Shown piece by piece: positions 1 through 9,756 of a stretch of 64,000 nucleotides of DNA. Both the position numbers and the translations under genes were made by a program. Position 1 is the first letter of the stretch, and every line of letters starts with the position of its first letter. The notes beneath the pieces are model-generated. The model ran no database searches, had not been told where the DNA came from, and worked only from the letters and a program-made list of their open reading frames with translations. The DNA comes from an uncultured virus (IMG/VR IMGVR_UViG_3300043570_003132). Its lineage: Duplodnaviria > Heunggongvirae > Uroviricota > Caudoviricetes. The stretch spans positions 1 through 64,000 of IMG/VR virus record IMGVR_UViG_3300043570_003132. One strand, 5' to 3'.

Positions 1-204
1 GTTAATGAAAAAGGATGGGTAAACTTTCCCGATGCTCAAGGACGAATATACCGTAAAGGTATGAGTTGGTATGGTAAGGTTCACGAACGAATAATAGGTG
101 GTCAGAAATTTTCATCATTACCTTTAGATGAAGAATATTGTATACAACACCATAAGACGATTGATCGTCAAGAAAAACAAAACAATTACTATAGTTCATT
201 ATGA
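1..204 (+). CDS. 3' end of glycosyltransferase family 2-like protein (partial)
   Basis: Frame 1 open from window start: VNEKGWVNFPDAQGRIYRKGMSWYGKVHERIIG...HHKTIDRQEKQNNYYSSL*; W-x-G-K-V-H-E motif typical of GT2 C-termini; stop overlaps next ATG (ATGA). Confidence 0.7.
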   Translation, partial: VNEKGWVNFPDAQGRIYRKGMSWYGKVHERIIGGQKFSSLPLDEEYCIQHHKTIDRQEKQNNYYSSL

Positions 205-815
205 GTTATCAATATCCAAAACATTTTAAGTATCCAGAAGGAGAACGTTATTTCTTTTTAAATCATGTAGATTCGTGGGAGCATTTTTTACCTAACTATG
301 GTAATGAACCAAGAGTATGTTTAGAAATAGGTGCATTGTATGGTGGATCATCAGTTTACATTTTAGATGAATTTTGTAAAAAAGAAGGTTCACATCATTA
401 TATAATGGATATCAATACAAATGAATTTATTGAAAATAATATTAAACCATATAAAGATAAGGTAACATATATTTTAGGTGAATCGGCCGATAGTTTTAAA
501 ACATTTAACCATAATGGTGAAACTAAAGAGTTTTTAGACTTTGTTTACATAGATGGTAATCATATGTGTAAATATGTTTTAGAAGATGCTGTAAATGCAT
601 TTTACTGTTTGAAAGATTATGGTTATATTATCTTTGATGATTACGGTGGAGGACTTGAACAAGATCAATATTTACAAGTTAAAACTGGTGCTGACGCGTT
701 TTATCATGGATATCACAAATATTTAGAAATAGTGTATAACGGTTATCAAGTCATTATGAAAAAAATAAATTATATAAATGAAAATGATTTAAAAGAAAAT
801 TATTATAAAGTATGA
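201..815 (+). CDS. Class I SAM-dependent methyltransferase (Methyltransf_24-like)
   Basis: LEIGALYGGS motif I, DFVYIDGNH, IIFDDY. Confidence 0.85.
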   Translation: MSYQYPKHFKYPEGERYFFLNHVDSWEHFLPNYGNEPRVCLEIGALYGGSSVYILDEFCKKEGSHHYIMDINTNEFIENNIKPYKDKVTYILGESADSFKTFNHNGETKEFLDFVYIDGNHMCKYVLEDAVNAFYCLKDYGYIIFDDYGGGLEQDQYLQVKTGADAFYHGYHKYLEIVYNGYQVIMKKINYINENDLKENYYKV

Positions 816-1807
816 AAATATTAATTACAGGAGTTGCGGGATTGTTAGGTTCAAGATTATCGGATTACATTATTGAAAATCATTCAGATGTTTATATCGT
901 TGGTATTGATGATATGAGTGGTGGATATAGGGAGAATGTTAATCCAAAGGTTGAGTTATGGGAAATGAATTTAGTTAATGGTAATATTAGTGAATGTTTT
1001 GAAAGACATCAATTTGATTATGTTTACCATTTCGCAGCATATGCCGCTGAGGGATTATCCCCATTCATTAGAACATATAACTATCAAAACAATTTAGTTG
1101 CAACGTCGCGCATTATTACACAATGTATTAAACACAATATTAAAAGATTAGTATTCACGTCTACATTGGCGGTATATGGTCACCAGGATGGTAATATATT
1201 TGACGAAATTCAAGTACCTAAGCCTATTGACCCGTACGGTGTTGCTAAATATGGTTGTGAAATGGATATACAGATTGCTGGTGAGCAACATGGACTTGAT
1301 TGGTGTATTATTAGACCACACAACGTTTACGGTGTTAAACAGAACGTATGGGACAAATATAGAAACGTATTAGGTATATGGATGTATCAACATACAATCA
1401 ACGAACCTATGACAATATTTGGTGACGGTACACAAACAAGAGCTTTCAGTTATATTGATGACAGTCTTGAACCATTATGGAAAGCATCACAGGATAAAAG
1501 AGCATCAAAAGAAATTATTAACTTAGGTGGTGTTAAAGAATATTCAATAAACGAAGCTAATGAAATTTTACGTGAAGTTGTTGGTGGAGGTGAGGTAAAA
1601 TATTTTGAAGGTAGACATGAAGTGAAACACTCTATACCAACTTGGCAAAAGTCAATTGACTTGTTAGATTTTGAACATAAGACAGATTTAAAAGAAGGTC
1701 TAACTAAAATGTGGGAGTGGGTTAAAACACAACCAGTTAGAGAGAGATTCGTATGGCCATTCTACGAATTAGATAAAGGAATTTACTCATTTTGGAAAAC
1801 AAAATAA
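812..1807 (+). CDS. NAD-dependent NDP-sugar epimerase/dehydratase (extended SDR)
   Basis: ITGVAGLLGS Rossmann motif, YGVAK catalytic motif, RPHNVYG, GDGTQTRAF. Confidence 0.92.
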   Translation: MKILITGVAGLLGSRLSDYIIENHSDVYIVGIDDMSGGYRENVNPKVELWEMNLVNGNISECFERHQFDYVYHFAAYAAEGLSPFIRTYNYQNNLVATSRIITQCIKHNIKRLVFTSTLAVYGHQDGNIFDEIQVPKPIDPYGVAKYGCEMDIQIAGEQHGLDWCIIRPHNVYGVKQNVWDKYRNVLGIWMYQHTINEPMTIFGDGTQTRAFSYIDDSLEPLWKASQDKRASKEIINLGGVKEYSINEANEILREVVGGGEVKYFEGRHEVKHSIPTWQKSIDLLDFEHKTDLKEGLTKMWEWVKTQPVRERFVWPFYELDKGIYSFWKTK

Positions 1808-1808
1808 T

Positions 1809-2831
1809 ATGAAAAAAGTATTAGTATTAGGTGCAGGTGGATTCATCGGTTCACATTTAGTAAAAAAATTAAAAGAACAAGGATGTTGGGTTAGAGGAGT
1901 TGATTTAAAATATCCCGAATATGAAACAAGTGCTGCAGATGATTTTGTTATCCGTGATTTAAGAGATCCTAAAAATGTTGAGTCTGTGGTAAGATTAGAG
2001 GCATATAAAAATTCTCCTTTAACATATAAATTTGATCTATACCCATTTTCAGAAAGATTACATTTCGATGAGGTGTATCAATTAGCTGCAGATATGGGTG
2101 GTGCTGGTTATATTTTTAGTGGTGATAATGATGCTGATGTCATGCACAATTCTGCAATGATTAATTTAAATGTTGCACATGAATGTTCAAAACAAAATGT
2201 TAAAAAAGTTTTTTATTCCTCATCAGCATGTATGTATCCTGAACATAATCAATTAGATCCCAATAACCCTAATTGTGAAGAATCTTCTGCCTATCCGGCG
2301 AATCCTGATTCAGAATACGGTTGGGAAAAATTATTTAGTGAAAGAATGTTTTTAGCATTTAATAGAAATTATAAATTAGATGTTAGAATCGCCAGATTTC
2401 ATAACATTTTTGGTCCTTACGGAACTTATAAAGGAGGAAAAGAAAAGGCACCCGCAGCCATATGTAGAAAAGTTTCTGAAGTTTTAGATGGTGGTGAAAT
2501 TGAAGTGTGGGGTGATGGAAATCAAACACGTTCTTTTTTATATATCGATGAATGTGTTGAGGGTGTTTTGAGATTAATGGAATCCGATTTCATGGGACCA
2601 ATTAATATTGGTAGTGATGAAATGATATCAATAAATGATTTAGTTAATTATGTTATTGATATTAGTGGTAAAATGGTTAATATTAAACATATTGATGGTC
2701 CCACAGGTGTTAGAGGTAGAAATAGTGACAATACTTTAATTAAAGAAAAATTAAATTGGTCACCAAAACAACCTTTATATGATGGACTAATAAAAACATT
2801 TAATTGGATAAACAAAGAAATTATTAAATGA
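1809..2831 (+). CDS. GDP-mannose 3,5-epimerase-like SDR
   Basis: GAGGFIGSH, QLAADMGGAGYI, SSSACMYP, YGWEK, RFHNIFGP, EKAPAAICRK, GVRGRNSDN are characteristic of the GME family. Confidence 0.88.
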   Translation: MKKVLVLGAGGFIGSHLVKKLKEQGCWVRGVDLKYPEYETSAADDFVIRDLRDPKNVESVVRLEAYKNSPLTYKFDLYPFSERLHFDEVYQLAADMGGAGYIFSGDNDADVMHNSAMINLNVAHECSKQNVKKVFYSSSACMYPEHNQLDPNNPNCEESSAYPANPDSEYGWEKLFSERMFLAFNRNYKLDVRIARFHNIFGPYGTYKGGKEKAPAAICRKVSEVLDGGEIEVWGDGNQTRSFLYIDECVEGVLRLMESDFMGPINIGSDEMISINDLVNYVIDISGKMVNIKHIDGPTGVRGRNSDNTLIKEKLNWSPKQPLYDGLIKTFNWINKEIIK

Positions 2832-3403
2832 AAATAGAATTTATTATACCGACATACAATAGACCTCATCAATTAATGGGTGTGATAAGTTCTATATATT
2901 CACAAACATCACCTAATTGGAAAATACACGTTGTTGCAGATGCTGTTTATGATGGTTATCAAAAAGTAAAAGATTATTTTAACGGTGACGATAGAATAAG
3001 ATTTACAGAATTAAATGGTCCACATAAAGATTGGGGACATACCCCAAGAAATTATGGATTACAACATGCAACGGAAGAATGGGTTGTTATGACAGGTGAC
3101 GATAATTACTATATGCCAATCTTTGTCGAAGATTTTTTAAATTCTGTGGAAAAAAACACACATTTTGTTTATTGTAATATGGTTCACAATTGGGTTAATA
3201 ATCAATACATTGTTTTAAATTCAATTCCTAAATTAGGTGCCATAGACATCGGTAATTTTATGTCTAAAACAGATTTGGCTAAAAATATAAAATTAGATAT
3301 TACATATGAACAATCTGATGGTTTATTTGTTGAGGAGTATCTAAGAAAATATCCTCACGGAACTATTAAAAAAATAAATAAACCACTATACGTACATAAT
3401 TAA
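2828..3403 (+). CDS. Glycosyltransferase family 2
   Basis: IIPTYNRP start, RNYGL, GDDNYY DxD-like motif. Confidence 0.85.
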   Translation: MKIEFIIPTYNRPHQLMGVISSIYSQTSPNWKIHVVADAVYDGYQKVKDYFNGDDRIRFTELNGPHKDWGHTPRNYGLQHATEEWVVMTGDDNYYMPIFVEDFLNSVEKNTHFVYCNMVHNWVNNQYIVLNSIPKLGAIDIGNFMSKTDLAKNIKLDITYEQSDGLFVEEYLRKYPHGTIKKINKPLYVHN

Positions 3404-3406
3404 ATT

Positions 3407-3886
3407 ATGAAACAACAAACAAAACAAGAATTAGAGGATTGGTATAAAAAAAATGATCCTTGGTCATATAAAACAACTAATGATGATATTATTAGAAAAG
3501 AAAAAATATTATCATTATTAGAAAACTATAATACGGCATTAGATATTGGTTGCGGTGAAGGATTTATTACGACAGATTTACCCGCAAACAAAATTTACGG
3601 AATAGAATTATCTGATAATGCGTCCTTAAGATTACCAAATAACATTATTAGATTAATGAAACCAGAGGAAAAGTATGATTTGGTAATGACAACCGGTACA
3701 TTATATAGTCAATATAATAATGAACAAATAAGAAATTGGATTTTTGAGTCATCAAAAAAACACATACTGGTTGGTGGAATTAAAGATTGGATGTTGTGGT
3801 CCGACTATGGTAAAATAATAAAAGAAATAGAATTTAAGTATAGAGAATATACACAAATAATTAGATTATATGAGGTTACTACATAA
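3407..3886 (+). CDS. SAM-dependent methyltransferase, NodS-like
   Basis: N-terminal DPW motif, ALDIGCGEG motif I, YDLVM. Confidence 0.75.
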   Translation: MKQQTKQELEDWYKKNDPWSYKTTNDDIIRKEKILSLLENYNTALDIGCGEGFITTDLPANKIYGIELSDNASLRLPNNIIRLMKPEEKYDLVMTTGTLYSQYNNEQIRNWIFESSKKHILVGGIKDWMLWSDYGKIIKEIEFKYREYTQIIRLYEVTT

Positions 3887-4382
3887 TATAGGAGATATAA
3901 GACATTCAAATTATCACACTCGTGATCAAATTTTAAAATCAAACGAACCATTAGGTTTTGATGGAATATATCTTAATGTTTATGAAAACAAGGATGTGTT
4001 AAAAGAGAAGATCGGAATTTTTTTTGTAATGGGTAATTACATCGGTGGAGACAATTCATTTGATTTAAAATATGTACCGAAGTTAGAAAAATATTGTACG
4101 TGGGAACAAATACATGAAATGTGTGAAGAGTTTGATTTTGAAATAGGTTGGCATACTTGGAGTCATCCAGATTTAAGGACATTATCAAAAGAAGAAATAA
4201 TAAAGGAAATTACTCCCCCATTTCCTATGAGATATTTTGCATATCCATACGGACACTTTAATGATTTAGTTATCGAATGTGTTAAGGAAGTTGGTTTTGA
4301 AAAAGCATGGAGTGTTCACCAAGGTTCAAGAAATCCAAATGAAAAGGATTATAATTTTAAAATATACAGACCATACTTATGA
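3870..4382 (+). CDS. Polysaccharide deacetylase (NodB/CE4-like)
   Basis: FDG, EIGWHTWSHPDL, FAYPYG motifs. Confidence 0.85.
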   Translation: MRLLHNIGDIRHSNYHTRDQILKSNEPLGFDGIYLNVYENKDVLKEKIGIFFVMGNYIGGDNSFDLKYVPKLEKYCTWEQIHEMCEEFDFEIGWHTWSHPDLRTLSKEEIIKEITPPFPMRYFAYPYGHFNDLVIECVKEVGFEKAWSVHQGSRNPNEKDYNFKIYRPYL

Positions 4383-5113
4383 TTAATTTTGAACAACTTA
4401 AGAAAGAATATAACGAAAAAGGTATTATAGTTATGTCAAATGTTTTTACGTCAGAAGAGTGTGACGAAATTAAAAAGAATGCTTATTCTGTGAGAGATGA
4501 GGATATTAAAAAAAGTGGTTATCCACACGTACCAAGTGAAAAGAAAAATGGTAAAAGATTGTTAGTTTTTTTTCCGTCACTTGTTAACGAATATCTGAAT
4601 AAAATTAGAACGGATGAAAGGATGATTAATTTGGTTAAAAATTTTATTGGTGATGATGTTAAACAAATAAATAATCAAATTTATTTTAGAGAAAGTGGTG
4701 ACCAAGATCAATTTGCGTGGCATCAAGACGTTATGTTTAGAGAGGATATAAATTTCAATAACGATGTAGAGGATGATTATTTCCAAACAATAATTGCCGT
4801 TGATGAAATAACAGAGGACAATGGTGCAATTGAGTTTATTGATGGTTCACATAAGACAATGAGGATTCCGCTTCCAAATAATTTACGAGAATTTAAAAGA
4901 GGTGACTTAAGTGGTAAGAAATATACCGCAAATAAAGGTGATGTTTTGATATGGTCAGTTTTATCTGTTCATGGTAGTGAGCCAAATCAATCAAAGAAAG
5001 ATAGAATGACATATATGAATGGATTCTGTAGGTCAAAATCAACAAAAACATATCCTGATTACTTGAAAAATGGTGAAATAATTCGTAATATTAATGTAAA
5101 CCATATACCATGA
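4379..5113 (+). CDS. Phytanoyl-CoA dioxygenase (PhyH) family 2OG-Fe(II) oxygenase
   Basis: WHQD, NGAIEFIDGSH, GDVLIW...HGSEPN...R. Confidence 0.88.
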   Translation: MINFEQLKKEYNEKGIIVMSNVFTSEECDEIKKNAYSVRDEDIKKSGYPHVPSEKKNGKRLLVFFPSLVNEYLNKIRTDERMINLVKNFIGDDVKQINNQIYFRESGDQDQFAWHQDVMFREDINFNNDVEDDYFQTIIAVDEITEDNGAIEFIDGSHKTMRIPLPNNLREFKRGDLSGKKYTANKGDVLIWSVLSVHGSEPNQSKKDRMTYMNGFCRSKSTKTYPDYLKNGEIIRNINVNHIP

Positions 5114-5724
5114 GTACTATAACAGTTGTGATTGCTTCATATCAATATGGACATTTAGCCGCACATTGTATTGAAAGTGTTTTATGTCAATCGAGAAAAC
5201 CTGATAAGATTTTATTTGTAGATGACGGTGTTGGTGATTGTGGTCACCTACCAAAAATATATCCTGAAGTTGAATATGTGTTGAGGGAAAAAAACATGGG
5301 TACTGTTGCAAATTTTCAGGATATGTTGATGAGAGTGACAACCGATAAATGTATGTTTTTAGGTGCAGATAATTGGTTAAGGGCAGATACTTTAGAAATA
5401 TTAGACAAAATTGATGCTGATGTTGTTGTTTATGATATAGTAGTTACCGGCGATTCAAAAAAAGGTTTACATGATAGACACGGGAATGAAATGACATCAT
5501 ATCAAGGGGATTTATATTGGACTAGACATAAACATCATCATGGCTCAATGTTATATAAAACAAAATTAGCACAATCAATTGGTTACAAGGGAACCGGTGG
5601 TAAACATTCAGAAGAAGATTTATATCTTTTTAGAGAAATGAAAAATCGCGGTGCAAAAATGGAATGGGTTAAAGAAGGTCTTTTATATTACAGAAGACAT
5701 AGAGAAAATTTTATAAAAACATAA
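5110..5724 (+). CDS. Glycosyltransferase family 2
   Basis: VVIASYQY, CIESVLCQ, FVDDG, GADN, EEDL, YYRRH. Confidence 0.88.
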   Translation: MSTITVVIASYQYGHLAAHCIESVLCQSRKPDKILFVDDGVGDCGHLPKIYPEVEYVLREKNMGTVANFQDMLMRVTTDKCMFLGADNWLRADTLEILDKIDADVVVYDIVVTGDSKKGLHDRHGNEMTSYQGDLYWTRHKHHHGSMLYKTKLAQSIGYKGTGGKHSEEDLYLFREMKNRGAKMEWVKEGLLYYRRHRENFIKT

Positions 5725-5725
5725 T

Positions 5726-6838
5726 ATGAAAATAAGTTTAGTGCTAGCGGTTTACAATAAATTAGATTTAACAACAGAATGTTATAAAAGATTACGTCAG
5801 TTATATCCCAACGCACCATTAGTTATTAGTAGTGGTGGATCAAGTGATGGAACCAAAGAATGGTTAGAATCGTTAGAAGATGAAAACCTATCTTTCTTTC
5901 ATGATGATGATCGTTTGACATTCTCAGAAACATATAACGCAGGTATTGACCTTGTTGATACTGAAAAAATTGTTCTTATCCATAACGATATGGTTATTGG
6001 TGAAGGTTTCTTAGAGGCAATAGAAAGACTATTAACTGAAAATATGATCTTATCCTACACAACAATTGAACCTCCTATTTTTAAAGGTCATTCAAGACCT
6101 GGTAAAGTATTGTTAGATTTGGGTAGTGGGTTTGATAACTTTGATCAAACTAATTTTAATAATTACATTCAAAAATGGAAAGATACTGATACACTACACG
6201 ATGGTGCGGTCTTCTTTATGTCGGCATATAAGAAAACATTTATTGACTTAGGTGGTTTTGACGGATTTAGTTTTGTTCCATGTTTTTGTGAAGATGATGA
6301 CTTTTTAATCCGTGCGAAACTAAAAGGGTACGAATTAAAAACTTGTGATTCTGCAATTACCTATCATTTTGTTTCGCAGACATCAAGATTCAGTGATGAA
6401 ATGAAAGATGTACGTGGAGCAATTGAAGCTCATTCCATTAGAAACTTTATTAGAAAATGGGGTATTAGTATTCCAATGTTCAATGCAATGGATTATCAAA
6501 CAACAGATAACTTTACATACGTTAAGAAAATTGTTGGTGTTAAATTAAGTAGTACCAAACATATTGAATTATTGGAACCATTCTTTGATAAGATTGAGAT
6601 TGATGAGTTCCCAACGGAATATGTTGAAAAGGAACAAGGATCTACTCGTTACAATTTAACTAAGAAATTTGAAGATGTTAATGATGTTGATATAAAAGTA
6701 TTTGTTACCGATAACTTTAATCAGGATGATTTTAACATGGTCAACGCATTGAGAGTATCTCTTGATGATTACGGACCTGGTGTTTATGAAAATGGTAATA
6801 TAACAGTGTTGATAATAGATAAGGATCAAAAGGCGTAA
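5726..6838 (+). CDS. Glycosyltransferase family 2
   Basis: SLVLAVYN, GSSDGT, YNAGI, HNDM, GGFD...CEDDDF. Confidence 0.85.
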   Translation: MKISLVLAVYNKLDLTTECYKRLRQLYPNAPLVISSGGSSDGTKEWLESLEDENLSFFHDDDRLTFSETYNAGIDLVDTEKIVLIHNDMVIGEGFLEAIERLLTENMILSYTTIEPPIFKGHSRPGKVLLDLGSGFDNFDQTNFNNYIQKWKDTDTLHDGAVFFMSAYKKTFIDLGGFDGFSFVPCFCEDDDFLIRAKLKGYELKTCDSAITYHFVSQTSRFSDEMKDVRGAIEAHSIRNFIRKWGISIPMFNAMDYQTTDNFTYVKKIVGVKLSSTKHIELLEPFFDKIEIDEFPTEYVEKEQGSTRYNLTKKFEDVNDVDIKVFVTDNFNQDDFNMVNALRVSLDDYGPGVYENGNITVLIIDKDQKA

Positions 6839-7461
6839 TTGCCGACGTGTTTAACCATCATACTTAAGTATGTATCAATAAACACTTCATAACCCAACTC
6901 TCTTAACTTACCTAATAAAATAAAGTCTTCACCGAAGTAATCTTCGGTGTCTTCTTTATATCTAAATTCAAAGTATGGTTTTTCTAATTTATCGAACATA
7001 TCTAATTTCATTAACATACATCCCATACCTACTCCCTCCACTTTAACGAGGTCTTCCTGTATTTCCATTGGTAACCAACTATTCCAATCATTTAAATCGG
7101 TGTATGCAACCGTTTTAAGAGGTTTTGAACGTCTCATATAATTACATGCCACAATGTCCTTATTGTGTTCTAAAAGACGTAATGCTGTGGTTGGTGGGAA
7201 CATCATATCACTATCTAACCAAAGGACATAATCTGAATTTACTTCCTTTGCTTTCTTAATAAGATTGTTTCTTTGATTTAATAATATTGTACTTGAATCG
7301 TAGAATAAATAAGCATCTATACCTGCCTCTCTTGTTGTATTAAATAATTGAGTTATACAATAAGAGAACTGACTATGAACAGTATCCCTCGTTGGGACTA
7401 ATATTGATAACTTAAGTGGTTTTACCTCCCACATTGAGCTATTATTGATTGATTTACTCAT
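6826..7461 (-). CDS. GT-A fold glycosyltransferase-like protein
   Basis: ILVPTRD, RNNLI, LWLDSDM, GMGCML, GEDFIL. Confidence 0.75.
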   Translation of the reverse strand: MSKSINNSSMWEVKPLKLSILVPTRDTVHSQFSYCITQLFNTTREAGIDAYLFYDSSTILLNQRNNLIKKAKEVNSDYVLWLDSDMMFPPTTALRLLEHNKDIVACNYMRRSKPLKTVAYTDLNDWNSWLPMEIQEDLVKVEGVGMGCMLMKLDMFDKLEKPYFEFRYKEDTEDYFGEDFILLGKLRELGYEVFIDTYLSMMVKHVGNYAF

Positions 7462-7901
7462 AATCCCGGTATGTTGTCTGTTATGGTGTTATTTTGATAT
7501 GTTATGTTTCTACCCGCTTCAACCATTTCTTCAACCCTTTTAGATATAAGTTGAAAGTCTTTAATTGGGAGATTACTAATCGTTGTATATGTTAATCTTG
7601 AATATGTATTTGTTAGTAAGATATCCACAGCACCAATCCTTGCCCATTTCTCAATAAAACACATTCTTAATATGTTCTCATCCCCACATAATAAACCTTC
7701 AATACGAACTTTATCGTACGTGTTTAATATCTCCGTAAGTATTTGATGTTCCCTTCTGTAATAGGGTATAAAAGATAAAAAATACGTTAATTTGAGACGT
7801 TTAACAAACTTGATGAGTCTTTCTCTATCAAAGTTAATTCCGTTCCATTTAACGTACTGTAATTCGTATTTTGAGGGGTGACACTTATAACGTAAATCCA
7901 T
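7458..7901 (-). CDS. Hypothetical protein
   Basis: 147-aa ORF coupled to downstream gene (ATGA overlap), with its own promoter-like motif. Confidence 0.65.
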   Translation of the reverse strand: MDLRYKCHPSKYELQYVKWNGINFDRERLIKFVKRLKLTYFLSFIPYYRREHQILTEILNTYDKVRIEGLLCGDENILRMCFIEKWARIGAVDILLTNTYSRLTYTTISNLPIKDFQLISKRVEEMVEAGRNITYQNNTITDNIPGL

Positions 7902-7909
7902 ACATTATA

Positions 7910-7937
7910 ATATAATAAAAAAAGGTGAAAATGTAAA
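7910..7937 (-). promoter_or_regulatory. Sigma70-like promoter TTTACA-N17-TATATT
   Basis: Minus-strand ttttacattttcacctttttttattatattataatgtATG; same architecture recurs 8 times in the window. Confidence 0.55.
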
Positions 7938-7938
7938 A

Positions 7939-8157
7939 TTAATATGTACCTGAACCTGATAAACCACCGAAAGATGCTCCTTCAGCACTTTCAGATCCAC
8001 TTGGGATACTAGCAATTCCTGAATATGACCTATTACGACCAACACCTAAAGTTGAATTTAGACCTACTTGTACTTCACCGGATGTTGCTGCTAATCCTAA
8101 AACTACACTAATTCTTCCCATACTTACTTCGGTTCCCGTTGCTGGTACTGTACCCAT
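7939..8157 (-). CDS. Small Gly/Ser-rich hypothetical protein, possibly virion-associated
   Basis: 72-aa ORF directly downstream of the tail fibre gene; composition like structural proteins. Confidence 0.6.
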   Translation of the reverse strand: MGTVPATGTEVSMGRISVVLGLAATSGEVQVGLNSTLGVGRNRSYSGIASIPSGSESAEGASFGGLSGSGTY

Positions 8158-8190
8158 GATATATTTCTTTTAACTAAGTTCTTTGTTATA

Positions 8191-8227
8191 AATACTCACT
8201 ATACTTTTTTAGAATATAGTGAGTATT
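8191..8227. terminator. 13-bp perfect inverted repeat (hairpin) downstream of fibre gene
   Basis: aatactcactata (8191-8203), 11-nt loop, tatagtgagtatt (8215-8227); lies 12 nt after the minus-strand stop at 8239. Confidence 0.5.
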
Positions 8228-8238
8228 GTTTAATGTAA

Positions 8239-9696
8239 TTATTTTATTTTCGCTTCTAAAGCTTCAACACGATTTAATAATTCTTTGTTTGTTTGAATTA
8301 ACAATGCAACTAATTTTTCGTATTTAACAGCCATATAACCGTTGTCTCTTGTTGTTACAATTTCAGGTAAAACTGCGTCAATTTCTTGTGCAATAACCCC
8401 TATATCGTGACCTTCGTTCTCATGAACACCTGGCATTTCCTTCCAATCGAAGTAATAACCATTTATTTGTTTTAAGATATCTAAAGAATTTTCAATTGGT
8501 GTGATGTTTTCTTTTAGTCTTTCATCAGAACCGTAGAATGCAATAACGTCATTTGTTGCTCTAATTAAACCTGTGGTTGTTGGTGTTGATGTACCCACAC
8601 CTAACGCTCCTGCCACATATAGTGTTGTTCCGTTAAATGTTAAATTTGCTTCACTATTTAGGGTAACTCCACCCGCACTTGTCATTACACGGTCATCACT
8701 TGCGTTTGTAATTGTTGTTGTACCAGAAGAACCTGAAGAACCGTTAGATCCTGAAGAACCTGAAGTTCCTGAAGAACCGTTAGCTCCTGAAGAACCTGAT
8801 GTTCCTGAAGAACCACTAGATCCTGATGTTCCTGAAGAACCGTTAGATCCACTAGAACCTGAAGAACCGTTAGATCCACTAGAACCTGAAGTTCCTGAAG
8901 ATCCACTAGATCCTGAAGAACCTGAAGTTCCTGAAGAACCGTTAGATCCACTAGATCCTGATGTTCCTGAAGAACCTGAAGAACCGTTAGATCCTGAAGA
9001 ACCTGAAGTTCCTGAAGAACCGTTAGATCCACTAGATCCTGATGTTCCTGAAGAACCTGAAGAACCGTTAGATCCTGAAGAACCTGAAGTTCCTGATGAA
9101 CCGTTAGATCCACTAGAACCAGAAGAACCTGAAGTTCCTGATGAAGCGGCAGTATATGATGTTCCATTAATGAATAATGAACCAGTCACAACCATACTAC
9201 CACTAACAGCCAAACTACCTGTGATAGATTGACTACCTGTAATATTTTGACTACCTACTATCGTACTTTGACTTGTTCCTATAGAACCTGTTGGAGGAAG
9301 TGCAAGACCTACTGCGGCCAAACTTGCTGAAGTTTGTACAACTTGAGCACCTACTTGTATTGTACCATCAGAGTTTGTACTGATAGCTTTAATTCCACCA
9401 ATAAAGATAGATCCTGTTGATACGTAGATGTCCTTCCACCAATGTGTTGGGTCACCCAAATCGTAAGTATTAGTAACGGCAGGGATTATTGATCCACTAA
9501 TTGTTTGGTTAGCGTTAAATGTGTTACTACCTGTGGTTGCAAAACGAGCGGAACCTGTTGTGTTTAGGGCCGAAGCGTTTGATGTTGTACCACTAATGGT
9601 TGCATTTATTGTTCCGTCTACGGTAAGATCTCCAAAAAAACGAGCCGAGCCCGATACATTTAGTGATCCAGAGACATTTGCGTCAAATATTTTCAT
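8239..9696 (-). CDS. Tail fibre-like protein with Ser/Gly triplet repeat and C-terminal Peptidase S74 intramolecular chaperone
   Basis: YDLGDPTHWWKDIY fibre motif; (S/T)(S/N)G repeats; SDERLKENI...GVIAQEI...VKYEKLVALLIQ...coiled-coil end. Confidence 0.88.
   Translation of the reverse strand: MKIFDANVSGSLNVSGSARFFGDLTVDGTINATISGTTSNASALNTTGSARFATTGSNTFNANQTISGSIIPAVTNTYDLGDPTHWWKDIYVSTGSIFIGGIKAISTNSDGTIQVGAQVVQTSASLAAVGLALPPTGSIGTSQSTIVGSQNITGSQSITGSLAVSGSMVVTGSLFINGTSYTAASSGTSGSSGSSGSNGSSGTSGSSGSNGSSGSSGTSGSSGSNGSSGTSGSSGSNGSSGSSGTSGSSGSNGSSGTSGSSGSSGSSGTSGSSGSNGSSGSSGSNGSSGTSGSSGSSGTSGSSGANGSSGTSGSSGSNGSSGSSGTTTITNASDDRVMTSAGGVTLNSEANLTFNGTTLYVAGALGVGTSTPTTTGLIRATNDVIAFYGSDERLKENITPIENSLDILKQINGYYFDWKEMPGVHENEGHDIGVIAQEIDAVLPEIVTTRDNGYMAVKYEKLVALLIQTNKELLNRVEALEAKIK
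8722..9144 (-). repeat. 9-bp-unit coding repeat: 47 X-Y-Gly triplets (SSG/TSG/SNG)
   Basis: Counted from the translation; includes a perfect 81-bp tandem duplication (8930-9010 = 9011-9091). Confidence 0.95.
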
Positions 9697-9756
9697 AGGT
9701 TATATTGTTATACCCTTATAAATACTTTGAACTTTCAAATTGTATAAAAAATATGT

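Noticed and set aside
2..199. Minus-strand 65-aa ORF
   Set aside because: Antisense to a convincing plus-strand GT2 C-terminus
8722..9144. Possible CRISPR array
   Set aside because: 9-bp periodic coding repeat without unique spacers; no cas genes
8573..9232. Plus-strand PEEPLDP-repeat ORF and alternative-frame LQVLQ ORF (8685-9167)
   Set aside because: Antisense and frame shadows of the 9-bp Ser/Gly repeat in the fibre gene
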